From positions 1-26,403 of the forward strand of contig JAKATY010000063.1 of NCBI GenBank assembly GCA_021827955.1: a stretch of 26,403 nucleotides of DNA, written 5' to 3'. Numbering within the stretch: the stretch's first letter is position 1; every line of letters begins with the position of its first letter. Positions 7,132-14,606 of this stretch are shown here, one piece after another. The notes under the pieces were generated by a model. The model was given only the letters and a program-made list of their open reading frames with translations. It was not told the origin of the DNA and did not search any database. The position numbers and the translations under genes are program-made. This stretch comes from Candidatus Micrarchaeota archaeon. Its GTDB lineage: Archaea > Micrarchaeota > Micrarchaeia > Micrarchaeales > Micrarchaeaceae.

Positions 7132-8229
7132 ATGCCGGAAAATGTAAGTCCAGACGATGAAGAGATATTGCGTTTTATAGAGAGCGCCAGGCCGAAAATA
7201 TATGTGATAGGCACGGGAGGCAGCGGAAGCAACACCGTGACGCGTCTTTCGAGCATAGGCATAGAAAACGCAACCCTCATAGCCATGAACACCGATGCTG
7301 CGCATCTTGTCAAGACGCGCTCTGAAAGGAAACTCCTCATAGGCAAAAAGATAACAAGGGGCCTTGGGGCCGGCAGCGATATAAAAGTAGGGGAAGAGGC
7401 GGCTCTTGAAAGCAAGGATGAGATAAAGCACATGATAGGCGACGCCACTCTTGTTCTCGTAACGTGCGGGCTTGGAGGCGGCACGGGCACGGGATCAATA
7501 TCAACAATAGTGCATGAGGCGAAGGAGGCGGGCGCGCTCACGGTAAGCGTGGTAACGCTTCCATTCTCAAGCGAGGGCAAGACGAGAATGAGAAACGCCC
7601 TGGAAGGGCTTGCAAAGCTGAAGAAAGTTTCTGATACTACTATCATAATCCCCAACGACAAGCTTCTTTCCATAGCTCCAGATTTGCCGCTTAACATGGC
7701 ATTCAGGGTTTCTGATGAAGTGCTTGCAGAAGCTACCAAGGGCATAGTGGAGATGAGCACTAAGCCGGGATTGGTCAACATAGATTTCGCAGACTTGCGC
7801 GCAGTCCTAAAGGACTCAGGCTTCGCAGTAATAGGAACAGGCGAAAGCACTGCTCCCGATGGCAACAGCATGCGCGCCATCAACGCGCTAGAAAGCGCGA
7901 TAAAGAGCCCGATACTCGACGCGGAGCTTTCAACCGCGAAGAAAGCGCTCGTGAACATAGTAGGAGGGGAAGGCCTTACACTGAAAGAGGCTGAAAGTGT
8001 ATTCCAGGAAGTGTCAAGCAGGATAGACTCTGATGCACTGCTCAAGTGGGGCGCCAGGATAGAGCCGGAAATGAAAAAGGAAACCGTTCGCGTTACAATA
8101 GTCATAAGCGGGGTCGAGTTTCCGCAGTATACGGAAGAAGGAATAGCAAAAAGCATAAAAACGATGGAGGACCTGGATCTCGATGAAGTATTCACCGAGA
8201 AGAAGAAAAAGCCGCAACAGCAGCAATAA
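7132..8229 (+). CDS. ftsZ: Cell division GTPase FtsZ (FtsZ1-like)
   Basis: IGTGGSGSN, AMNTD, GLGAG, GLGGGTGTG signature, PNDKL, T7 loop NIDFAD. ATG 7132 follows GTGGT; the ORF track starts at 7105. Confidence 0.96.
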   Translation: MPENVSPDDEEILRFIESARPKIYVIGTGGSGSNTVTRLSSIGIENATLIAMNTDAAHLVKTRSERKLLIGKKITRGLGAGSDIKVGEEAALESKDEIKHMIGDATLVLVTCGLGGGTGTGSISTIVHEAKEAGALTVSVVTLPFSSEGKTRMRNALEGLAKLKKVSDTTIIIPNDKLLSIAPDLPLNMAFRVSDEVLAEATKGIVEMSTKPGLVNIDFADLRAVLKDSGFAVIGTGESTAPDGNSMRAINALESAIKSPILDAELSTAKKALVNIVGGEGLTLKEAESVFQEVSSRIDSDALLKWGARIEPEMKKETVRVTIVISGVEFPQYTEEGIAKSIKTMEDLDLDEVFTEKKKKPQQQQ

Positions 8230-8276
8230 GAAGCTCAAGGAAGAGAAAAGGAGATGAAGATGCAGCTTCTTATATC

Positions 8277-8420
8277 CTACTCCTTTTTGATTTTTCTATG
8301 GTAGACTACATCGAATTTGTAGCACTTGTTGCTGCAGTAGTAGCTGATCTTGCCTGAGCGGTGGACAAACATTATACCTTTGCCTTTCTCTATCTCTTTC
8401 GAACAATAAGAGCATTTCAT
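8277..8420 (-). CDS. rpl24e: 50S ribosomal protein L24e (47 aa, short; not in the ORF track)
   Basis: Hand translation MKCSYCSKEIEKGKGIMFVHRSGKISYYCSNKCYKFDVVYHRKIKKE*. Shows the CxxC...GxGxMFV...CSxKC L24e pattern in the conserved l7ae-s28e-l24e order. Confidence 0.92.
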   Translation of the reverse strand: MKCSYCSKEIEKGKGIMFVHRSGKISYYCSNKCYKFDVVYHRKIKKE

Positions 8421-8452
8421 AAAAATAACCTTTTTTCAGGCGCGTCCGCGGA

Positions 8453-8791
8453 TCATCTTACCGATATCTGCTTCGCCTCCCTGCTTGTATCTACCAGCCT
8501 TACTATGTCTCCTACCTTTACCGGGCCGAGTATGTTCCTTTTTATCACTCTTCCCTTATCCCTTCCTTCCAGTATGTTGCACATTACAGTATAAATTTCG
8601 CCGTACATGCCTGTTTTGCCTTTATTGCTGACCTCGACTATTTCAGCTGCTATGCCACGGAATGCGCTTGGCTGCTCCTGTTGCTTCTGCTGCGGCACGC
8701 TTGCGCTTGCCTCTGCCTTCGCTTTTGGCTCCGGCTGCTGGCCCTGCTTTTCGCCTTCCTGTGCGCCTTCTTTTTCATTGTTAGCTGCCAT
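8453..8791 (-). CDS. rps28e: 30S ribosomal protein S28e with an N-terminal low-complexity extension
   Basis: AEIVEV...GKTGMYGE...V.C.ILEGRDKGRVIKRNILGPVKVGDIV...T.REA. Probable start is ATG 8791 (track GTG 8800). Confidence 0.93.
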   Translation of the reverse strand: MAANNEKEGAQEGEKQGQQPEPKAKAEASASVPQQKQQEQPSAFRGIAAEIVEVSNKGKTGMYGEIYTVMCNILEGRDKGRVIKRNILGPVKVGDIVRLVDTSREAKQISVR

Positions 8792-8827
8792 GTGCAACAC
8801 TATTGTTCATTCAAGCATGCTGAAGCC

Positions 8828-9268
8828 TCACTGGCTCTTCGGCTTTTCAGCCGCAGCCTCCTTGCCCGCTTCCTTTTCTTGCTTTGGCTTCTCCTGCTTT
8901 GCCTGCGCCTTTCCTGTGGCCCTTGAAATTATGTCGTCGAATTGGCCGGAAGCCTTGCCCTTGTTTTCAACCGCAACGGCGGTGCACTGGACGTTCAGCC
9001 CTATGGACTTTCCAAGTTCCTGCTTGCTCGGCACGAAAACGTAAGGCACCTTCTTGCTTTCGCATATTGCAGGTATGTGCATGACTACCTCTTCAGGTTC
9101 CACGTCTCCTGCAATCGCAACGAACGTCGCAAGCCCTCTTTCAACGCTTTTAGTGACCTCGTTGGCGCCTTTCTTCACCGTGCCAGACTGCTTTGCAAGC
9201 TGCAGTGCTTCGTATACCTTTGCCACAACATCATTCGACACTTCGAACTTCACGTAAGATTTTGCCAT
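8828..9268 (-). CDS. rpl7ae: 50S ribosomal protein L7Ae with a C-terminal extension
   Basis: YVKFEV, KKGANEVTKSVERG, IAGDVEPEEVVMHIP, VPSKQELG. The second ATG (9268) has GGTGA 6 nt upstream and matches the usual MAKxYVKF start; the track starts at 9280. Confidence 0.95.
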   Translation of the reverse strand: MAKSYVKFEVSNDVVAKVYEALQLAKQSGTVKKGANEVTKSVERGLATFVAIAGDVEPEEVVMHIPAICESKKVPYVFVPSKQELGKSIGLNVQCTAVAVENKGKASGQFDDIISRATGKAQAKQEKPKQEKEAGKEAAAEKPKSQ

Positions 9269-9271
9269 TTT

Positions 9272-9310
9272 TTTCACCATCTGTCAGTCAAACTTCATCG
9301 GTAAGCATTT
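9272..9310 (-). promoter_or_regulatory. Candidate k-turn-like autoregulatory element in the rpl7ae 5' leader
   Basis: mRNA sense UUACC-GAU-GA-AGU-UUG-ACU-GA-CAGAU-GGUGA: tandem GA/AG, a 3-bp closing stem, and UUACC able to pair with the GGUGA SD. Confidence 0.55.
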
Positions 9311-9357
9311 ATCTGCACGTACGAGGAAGAAACCGCATATATTATTCCCCGCAAAGG

Positions 9358-9365
9358 TTTTTAAG
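9358..9365 (-). promoter_or_regulatory. TATA-like box for an internal rpl7ae promoter
   Basis: CCAAAA-CTTAAAAA on the minus strand between the EF-2 stop and rpl7ae, implying a leader of about 65 nt. Confidence 0.4.
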
Positions 9366-9393
9366 TTTTGGGTAACGGAAGGCATTTGGCGTT

Positions 9394-11589
9394 TCAGCTT
9401 ATCAGGAAGTCGCCAGGCTTTGGCGGCTCCTCCGAAACGCCCTTCCTCTTCCTTATCTCTCTCACTACCTGGTCCTGCAGCGCCTGCGGCACTTTCTCAT
9501 ATCCCGCGAACTCCATAGCCCAGAGCGCCCTTCCCTGCGTCAGGCTCCTCAAGCTGTTGGAGAAGTTCTTCAGCGTTTCCGCCACCGGCACCTTCGACTT
9601 TATTATTACCTGATCCCTGTCCTGCTGTATATCAATTATGACTCCTCTCATTCCCTGCAGGAATGCAATGACATCCGACATGTACTCCTGCGGTATGGTT
9701 ATCTCATAGTTCTGCTTCGGCTCAAGCAGCGTCACTCCCGCTTCTAAAAGCGCTGCGTATATGCCGTTCCTTATTGAAGGTATTACCTGTGCCGGCCCTC
9801 TGTGCACCGGGTCCTCGTGTATTGTAGCATCAACTATGCTGACAAGGACTCCAGCCACTTTCTGCCTCGCCAGCGGCCCGTCCCTTATCGCTTCCTCAAA
9901 GCCTTCTGTGACGTTTTCCATTACCTCGTTTATGTATTGGACTCCATGCGTAACGTCGCTGAGCAGGCATCTGTTGTATACATATACCACGTTCTTCGCG
10001 ACGTTCCTGTCGAGCCCGTTCTTTACCATCAGCTCTATCGCGGCCTGGCCTTTCGGCTTGCCTTCCTTCATCGCGCCGTCGTCCAGCTCCTTGAGAAGCG
10101 CGGGAGGCAACGGCTCTACCGTAATGTAGAACTTCGAGTGCCTGTTCGGAGTCTTGCTCTCTACGGGCCCCGCCTTTGATTCTATGGCCTCATTATAAAC
10201 TACTATCGGCTCGCTTGACACTATAGGTATGCCGAACTCGTCTCTGATCTTCGTCTCTATTATCTCCAGGTGTAGCTCTCCCATTCCGCTTACGAGGTGC
10301 TCTCCTGTTTCCTGGTTTATCTCGGCCTGTATTGTCGGGTCCTCTTTTGACAGCTCCCTAAGAGCTTCTATAAGCTTCAGCGTATCCCTTGAATCCTTGG
10401 CTTCTATGGCCTTTGTCACTACGGGCTTTGAATAGTGCTTTATCGGGTCGAACGGCTCTATTATGTTCTCGCTTAGCGTGTCCCCTATCGTAAGGTTGCT
10501 AAGCCCCACTATCGTTGCAATGTTGCCTGCGGGCACCTCATCCACTGTTACCCTGTCAGGGCCCATGTATACTCCGACTTGCTGTATCCTCTCTGTGTTG
10601 TTCTTTCCGGAGATGTGCAGCTCCACTCCCTTTCTTGCGATTCCTGAAAATACCCTTCCTACAGCGACTTCTCCGCTGTGCTGGTCGTAAGTTATGCCGA
10701 ATACAACTATATTCGTCTTTGCGTTGAAGTCCGCATTCATCATCGCCTTGCCGTCTTCGCTGTTTAGGTCGCCGTGCCATATGAGCGGTATCCTGTAGGG
10801 CTGCGCCTCCCTCGGGTTTGGCAAGTTCTCTACTATCATGGGCAATATCGCTTCCTCTATCGGAGCTATCTCCTGCAGCTCCTTATCCCTGCCTTCTTCG
10901 AAGTACTTGAAAACATCCTTGAACGTAATCTTGTATTTTTCCATTATCGTCTTTGAGACTGCCCATTTGTCATATGCGGAACCGAATGCAACGCTGTTGC
11001 CCTCTACGCTCACCTTCCACTTTTCAGCGAATTCCACTGGCGCGAATTGCTCTATGAAATAGTTTACTTTGCTCACAAGTTCGAGTAGCCTCTCCTGTGT
11101 CTGCTCCGGCGTAAGCTTCAGTTCGCTAAGCAGCCTGTCTACCTTGTTTACGAAAAGGACAGGCCTCACCTTTTCCTTCAGCGCCTGCTTCAGCACGGTT
11201 TCGGTCTGCGGCATTATCATCTCTACCGGGTCTATGACAAGCACCGCACCGTCAACAGCGCGCATGGATCTCGTCACGTGGCCTCCGAAGTCTACGTGGC
11301 CCGGAGTGTCTATGAGATTTATCATGTAGTCGTTGTCCTTGTACTTGAAGCCTAGGGAGATATTTGCGGATTTTATCGTCATTTTCCTTTCCTTCTCTAT
11401 CGCGTCGTAGTTCGTGTATAGAACATCTCCTGCAACCGTCTTGGAGATAAGCCCCGCTTTAGCGAGCAGGGAGTCGGTAAGGGTAGTCTTGCCATGGTGA
11501 ACGTGCGCTATTATCGCTATGTTTCTTATTCTGTCGTAATCCTTCATGAGTTTTGAGATTTCCTCTACCATCAATTCTTTCCTTACCAT
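9394..11589 (-). CDS. fusA: Translation elongation factor aEF-2
   Basis: IRNIAIIAH..GKTT, NLIDTPGHVDFGG, NKVDR, GMGELHLE, TPNRHSK and the diphthamide loop HEDPVHRGPAQVIP. Follows rps12-rps7. Confidence 0.96.
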   Translation of the reverse strand: MVRKELMVEEISKLMKDYDRIRNIAIIAHVHHGKTTLTDSLLAKAGLISKTVAGDVLYTNYDAIEKERKMTIKSANISLGFKYKDNDYMINLIDTPGHVDFGGHVTRSMRAVDGAVLVIDPVEMIMPQTETVLKQALKEKVRPVLFVNKVDRLLSELKLTPEQTQERLLELVSKVNYFIEQFAPVEFAEKWKVSVEGNSVAFGSAYDKWAVSKTIMEKYKITFKDVFKYFEEGRDKELQEIAPIEEAILPMIVENLPNPREAQPYRIPLIWHGDLNSEDGKAMMNADFNAKTNIVVFGITYDQHSGEVAVGRVFSGIARKGVELHISGKNNTERIQQVGVYMGPDRVTVDEVPAGNIATIVGLSNLTIGDTLSENIIEPFDPIKHYSKPVVTKAIEAKDSRDTLKLIEALRELSKEDPTIQAEINQETGEHLVSGMGELHLEIIETKIRDEFGIPIVSSEPIVVYNEAIESKAGPVESKTPNRHSKFYITVEPLPPALLKELDDGAMKEGKPKGQAAIELMVKNGLDRNVAKNVVYVYNRCLLSDVTHGVQYINEVMENVTEGFEEAIRDGPLARQKVAGVLVSIVDATIHEDPVHRGPAQVIPSIRNGIYAALLEAGVTLLEPKQNYEITIPQEYMSDVIAFLQGMRGVIIDIQQDRDQVIIKSKVPVAETLKNFSNSLRSLTQGRALWAMEFAGYEKVPQALQDQVVREIRKRKGVSEEPPKPGDFLIS

Positions 11590-11604
11590 AAATCAGCACC
11601 GTTT

Positions 11605-12405
11605 TTATCTTGCGCTTCTTGCCATGCGCTCTATCTCGTTCTTTCTCTTTACCGCGTAGCTGTTGACATCGTTGTTCGCAGCCATGATCAGTTCGTCCGC
11701 AAGCGCTTCAACAATGCTTTTCCTTTTGTCGAATGCGCTTATAACAGTAGCAAAAGCGATATTCCTCAGCGCTATATCCATCCTTTTGCTCGCGCTGATA
11801 TCCACTGTAACGTTAGCTACAACGCCTCCGTATCTTACCCTTGTGGTATCCTCTATTGGAGCACTGTTCTCCAGCGCCCTTACAAGAACCTGCAGCGGGT
11901 TTTCATGCGCCTTCCCTTCTATCCTGTCGAACGCCTTCTCTACTATATGCATGACCTTCATCTTCTTGCCCTGCAGCCTGCCCTTCGTCCTTATTACATG
12001 GCTGCCTATCTTCTTGCCCGTGCCTCCCCTCATGAGATAATTCTCGAGCCTTTCAACAACGTTGACGCCCGTTTTTGAGAAATCTTTGTTGCTGTTCCTC
12101 CTGAAAGTATTCGGGTATTCTATATGCTTCAGGTTTATGTAGTTCTTGAGGCTTGCATCAGATATCGTGACATTATAATCATATTTTCCAAAAAGCTTTG
12201 ACGTTTCTTCAGAAGAAGAAGCTGCGGCAGGCGCTTCCCTCTTTTGCACAGGCCTTTTTCTCTGCGCTGGTCTATGCACAGCACCGTCTCGCGCTTCTTT
12301 CCTGGCCTCTTCCGGTGCGCCTTTCTGCTGCGCAGCTGCAGCATCCTTGGCTTCCTTCTCTGCATTGTTGATTTCAGCGTTATCCATGTGATCGACCTGC
12401 TTCAT
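11605..12405 (-). CDS. rps7: 30S ribosomal protein uS7 with an N-terminal extension
   Basis: KLFGKY, VVERL, GKKMK, NPLQVLVRALENSAPxEDTTR, ERMARSAR. ATGA overlap with the rps12 stop; alternative start at 12387. Confidence 0.95.
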   Translation of the reverse strand: MKQVDHMDNAEINNAEKEAKDAAAAQQKGAPEEARKEARDGAVHRPAQRKRPVQKREAPAAASSSEETSKLFGKYDYNVTISDASLKNYINLKHIEYPNTFRRNSNKDFSKTGVNVVERLENYLMRGGTGKKIGSHVIRTKGRLQGKKMKVMHIVEKAFDRIEGKAHENPLQVLVRALENSAPIEDTTRVRYGGVVANVTVDISASKRMDIALRNIAFATVISAFDKRKSIVEALADELIMAANNDVNSYAVKRKNEIERMARSAR

Positions 12406-12830
12406 CTCTTGGGCTTCTCCTTTCTGCCCGTCCTTACCTCTTCGAGGCTTGTGCCGTTTACTTCTACTACCTTGAACCTTACTCCCGGTATTGCTCCCAT
12501 CTGGCCCCTCTGAGAGCCTCCAAGGCCTTCTATTGTGACTTCGTCGTGCTCGTCAATGAAGTTAATGGAGCCGTCCTTTGGCACGAATGCCCCTACTACC
12601 TTGTTGTTTTTTATGAGTTGAACTTTTACGCATTTTATATTTCCTGAGTTGGGCTGCTTTTGCTGCAGCGCGTATTTCTCAAGAACGAGAGCCTTTGCCC
12701 TAGGTACTACTCCTACCGGGTCGTATTTCTGCTTTAGCTTCAGCTTTTTCCTCTTCAGCCATTTCTTCAGCATCACCTGATGCTTCCTCTGCTTAAGCAG
12801 TTTTCTAGCGGCAAATTCACCATTTCCCAT
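12402..12830 (-). CDS. rps12: 30S ribosomal protein uS12 (divergent)
   Basis: GxFAARKL, KQPNS, KCVKVQLIKN, AFVPxDGxINFIDEHDEV, IPGVRFKVV, GRKEKP. ATG 12830 follows GTGAT; the track starts at GTG 12839. Confidence 0.95.
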   Translation of the reverse strand: MGNGEFAARKLLKQRKHQVMLKKWLKRKKLKLKQKYDPVGVVPRAKALVLEKYALQQKQPNSGNIKCVKVQLIKNNKVVGAFVPKDGSINFIDEHDEVTIEGLGGSQRGQMGAIPGVRFKVVEVNGTSLEEVRTGRKEKPKR

Positions 12831-12857
12831 GATCATCACGTTTATCTATAAATTCCA

Positions 12858-13316
12858 TCAAGAGCTTTCGTCCTGCTCTGAAATCTCTTCCTGGTTTTCT
12901 TCAGCATTTTGGCTTTCTTCGCTGCCTTCTATCGCTTCCTCCTTGGCCTTTCTCCTCTTATCTCTCCTCTCCTTTCTTGCTGCCTTCTTCTCTTCAACAG
13001 CTGCATTTGCCTGGCTGGAATAGTCCGCATTCAATATGCCCGAGTTTCCTGGATTTATTACTGCTATCGCAGATACCGGGAAAGGCTTTCCGCATACCGC
13101 ACCCAGCTCTACAGGATTGCCGTTGAAAGTTATGACCTTAAGCTCCGAAAGCCTTGCAAGATGGAGTATATCATTGTAAGGATCCTGCTTGCCTTTTGGC
13201 GAAACGACAACAAGCTTTGCCTTGCCTACAGTTATCGAAGCGATAACGCTGTTCGCACCTATCGCTACCTCGCCGCTGTCTACCGCCAGGCGTATATCTC
13301 CAGATAGGTCTGCCAT
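12858..13316 (-). CDS. rpl30e: 50S ribosomal protein L30e with a 54-aa charged C-terminal tail
   Basis: IRLAVDSGEVAIG, GKAKLVVV, ELGAVCGKPFPVSAIAVINPGNS. GTGAT SD upstream. Confidence 0.92.
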   Translation of the reverse strand: MADLSGDIRLAVDSGEVAIGANSVIASITVGKAKLVVVSPKGKQDPYNDILHLARLSELKVITFNGNPVELGAVCGKPFPVSAIAVINPGNSGILNADYSSQANAAVEEKKAARKERRDKRRKAKEEAIEGSEESQNAEENQEEISEQDESS

Positions 13317-13778
13317 TTACATCACAATCAAAGCAAACACGCGCCGCAATTTAATTCCTGCAAACAAAGGACACAAATCGCAGAGCAGTGATAGGATTGA
13401 AAATAAAGATATATAAAAGCTATCCTGTTACTGTGAGAATTGTTAAAAGAAAACATATAAATGTGTTGTGAATGTGCGTGCAAAAGAAGTATTTCAGGAA
13501 GTCAGCCCGGCAATCAGGTTATGCGTTGCTTCTTAGCCGTTCTGCAATCCCATGCCGTTAATCATCGTCAGCATGCCCTTCCATTTAATAATGCTATATT
13601 ACTATTATAAAATTTTATGCTTACCCGTATATAGATCGGAAATATAGTTATGTTTTTAGCAGAAAGTAGGAATCTAAGAAAGCCCAAAAATAATGCTGTG
13701 GATTCAAATATCCACGATTCCCACTGCCCTATTTATAAACAAAAAAGTCTAACCATTATCAAGGGTTTGGTGGCTGCA

Positions 13779-13958
13779 ATGAAAGAGCATAATGCTTGGC
13801 GCAGGGCATATAGGACTTCTTATCAGCAGAGCACGTATGTCTATCCTGTTGTGGACTTTTCAACCTCTTCTGTTCAAGCATCCAAATCCTCAAAGCCTCG
13901 CGGTGAGGCATGGGACATAAAAGTATTCCTTATCCTTTTTCCTTTGAATGAACAGTGA
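13779..13958 (+). CDS. Putative 59-aa protein (MKEHNAWRRAYRTSYQQSTYVYP...)
   Basis: ATG 13779 has a GGTGG SD and TTTATAAA at 13732-13739. The stop abuts the next ORF in frame. No family recognised. Confidence 0.4.
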   Translation: MKEHNAWRRAYRTSYQQSTYVYPVVDFSTSSVQASKSSKPRGEAWDIKVFLILFPLNEQ

Positions 13959-14294
13959 ATGCGTTCAAAAAAAAGAAAAAAGAAAAGGAAAATTGGTGTT
14001 AGCTTGAACAACAGAATCTCCAACGCAAAAAATCTTCCACATGCCAAAAGGGTCGGAGCGATGCACAAGTTCTTCTTTTTGAAGCCTATCTCTAACCTCA
14101 ACGCAGATGAACTCTCTTCAAAGCTGCTTGGTGTAGAAGGAATAGAGGAAGTATACATAACAGAAGGCGACTATGGCTTTCTGGTAAAGGCAAGAGTAAA
14201 TAGCAGCGATTCCGAGATCGGAGACAAAATAGCGGAGAGCATGCGCAGCAAGTACGGCTACGCCATGAGCTATTACTGCTTCAAGAAGAGATAA
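13959..14294 (+). CDS. Stand-alone Lrp/AsnC ligand-binding (RAM-like) domain protein, no HTH
   Basis: IEEVYITEGDYGFLVKARV resembles the AsnC C-terminal V.EVY.V.G.YD.LVK pattern with a beta-alpha-beta-beta-alpha-beta layout. Start is uncertain (13959 or 14061). Confidence 0.6.
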   Translation: MRSKKRKKKRKIGVSLNNRISNAKNLPHAKRVGAMHKFFFLKPISNLNADELSSKLLGVEGIEEVYITEGDYGFLVKARVNSSDSEIGDKIAESMRSKYGYAMSYYCFKKR

Positions 14295-14300
14295 CAACGG

Positions 14301-14462
14301 ATGAAATATGTGATCTGCATGGAAAAGATACCTGAGGATGTTGTAGTGCTTGAAAAGGTTCAAGGGCAAGTATGGGACATCATGCCAAAGTATGCTTATC
14401 CTTCTCCAGCTAGGAAGAGAAGCCTCTTTTCAAGGGCATTATCTCTGTTAATGGAACGCTGA
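14301..14462 (+). CDS. Putative 53-aa small protein (not in the ORF track)
   Basis: Hand translation MKYVICMEKIPEDVVVLEKVQGQVWDIMPKYAYPSPARKRSLFSRALSLLMER*. Starts 6 nt after the upstream stop. Confidence 0.5.
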   Translation: MKYVICMEKIPEDVVVLEKVQGQVWDIMPKYAYPSPARKRSLFSRALSLLMER

Positions 14463-14606
14463 AATCTTTTTATGCCAGTGTGAAGCAGCGGAGAACCCCC
14501 ACGTCTTCCTGCCGCACTGTGCATCTTTTACCTTACTCCTACAAGAATGAGCTCCCTCCAACAAAAGTTATTTATCTATTGCTTTTTTAACAGTATTAGC
14601 GAGAGC

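Noticed and set aside
7080-8195. 371-aa minus-strand ORF
   Set aside because: Antisense shadow of ftsZ; Ser/Phe-rich composition with no motifs.
13317-13778. Replication origin or ncRNA in the long AT-rich gap
   Set aside because: No ORB-like repeats, no cdc6/orc1 nearby, and no GC-rich stems resembling SRP or RNase P RNA. Divergent promoters explain the AT richness.
13650-13778. N-terminal 43 codons of the tracked 102-aa ORF
   Set aside because: They overlap the dyad and TATA elements and read like non-coding sequence; ATG 13779 has the SD.
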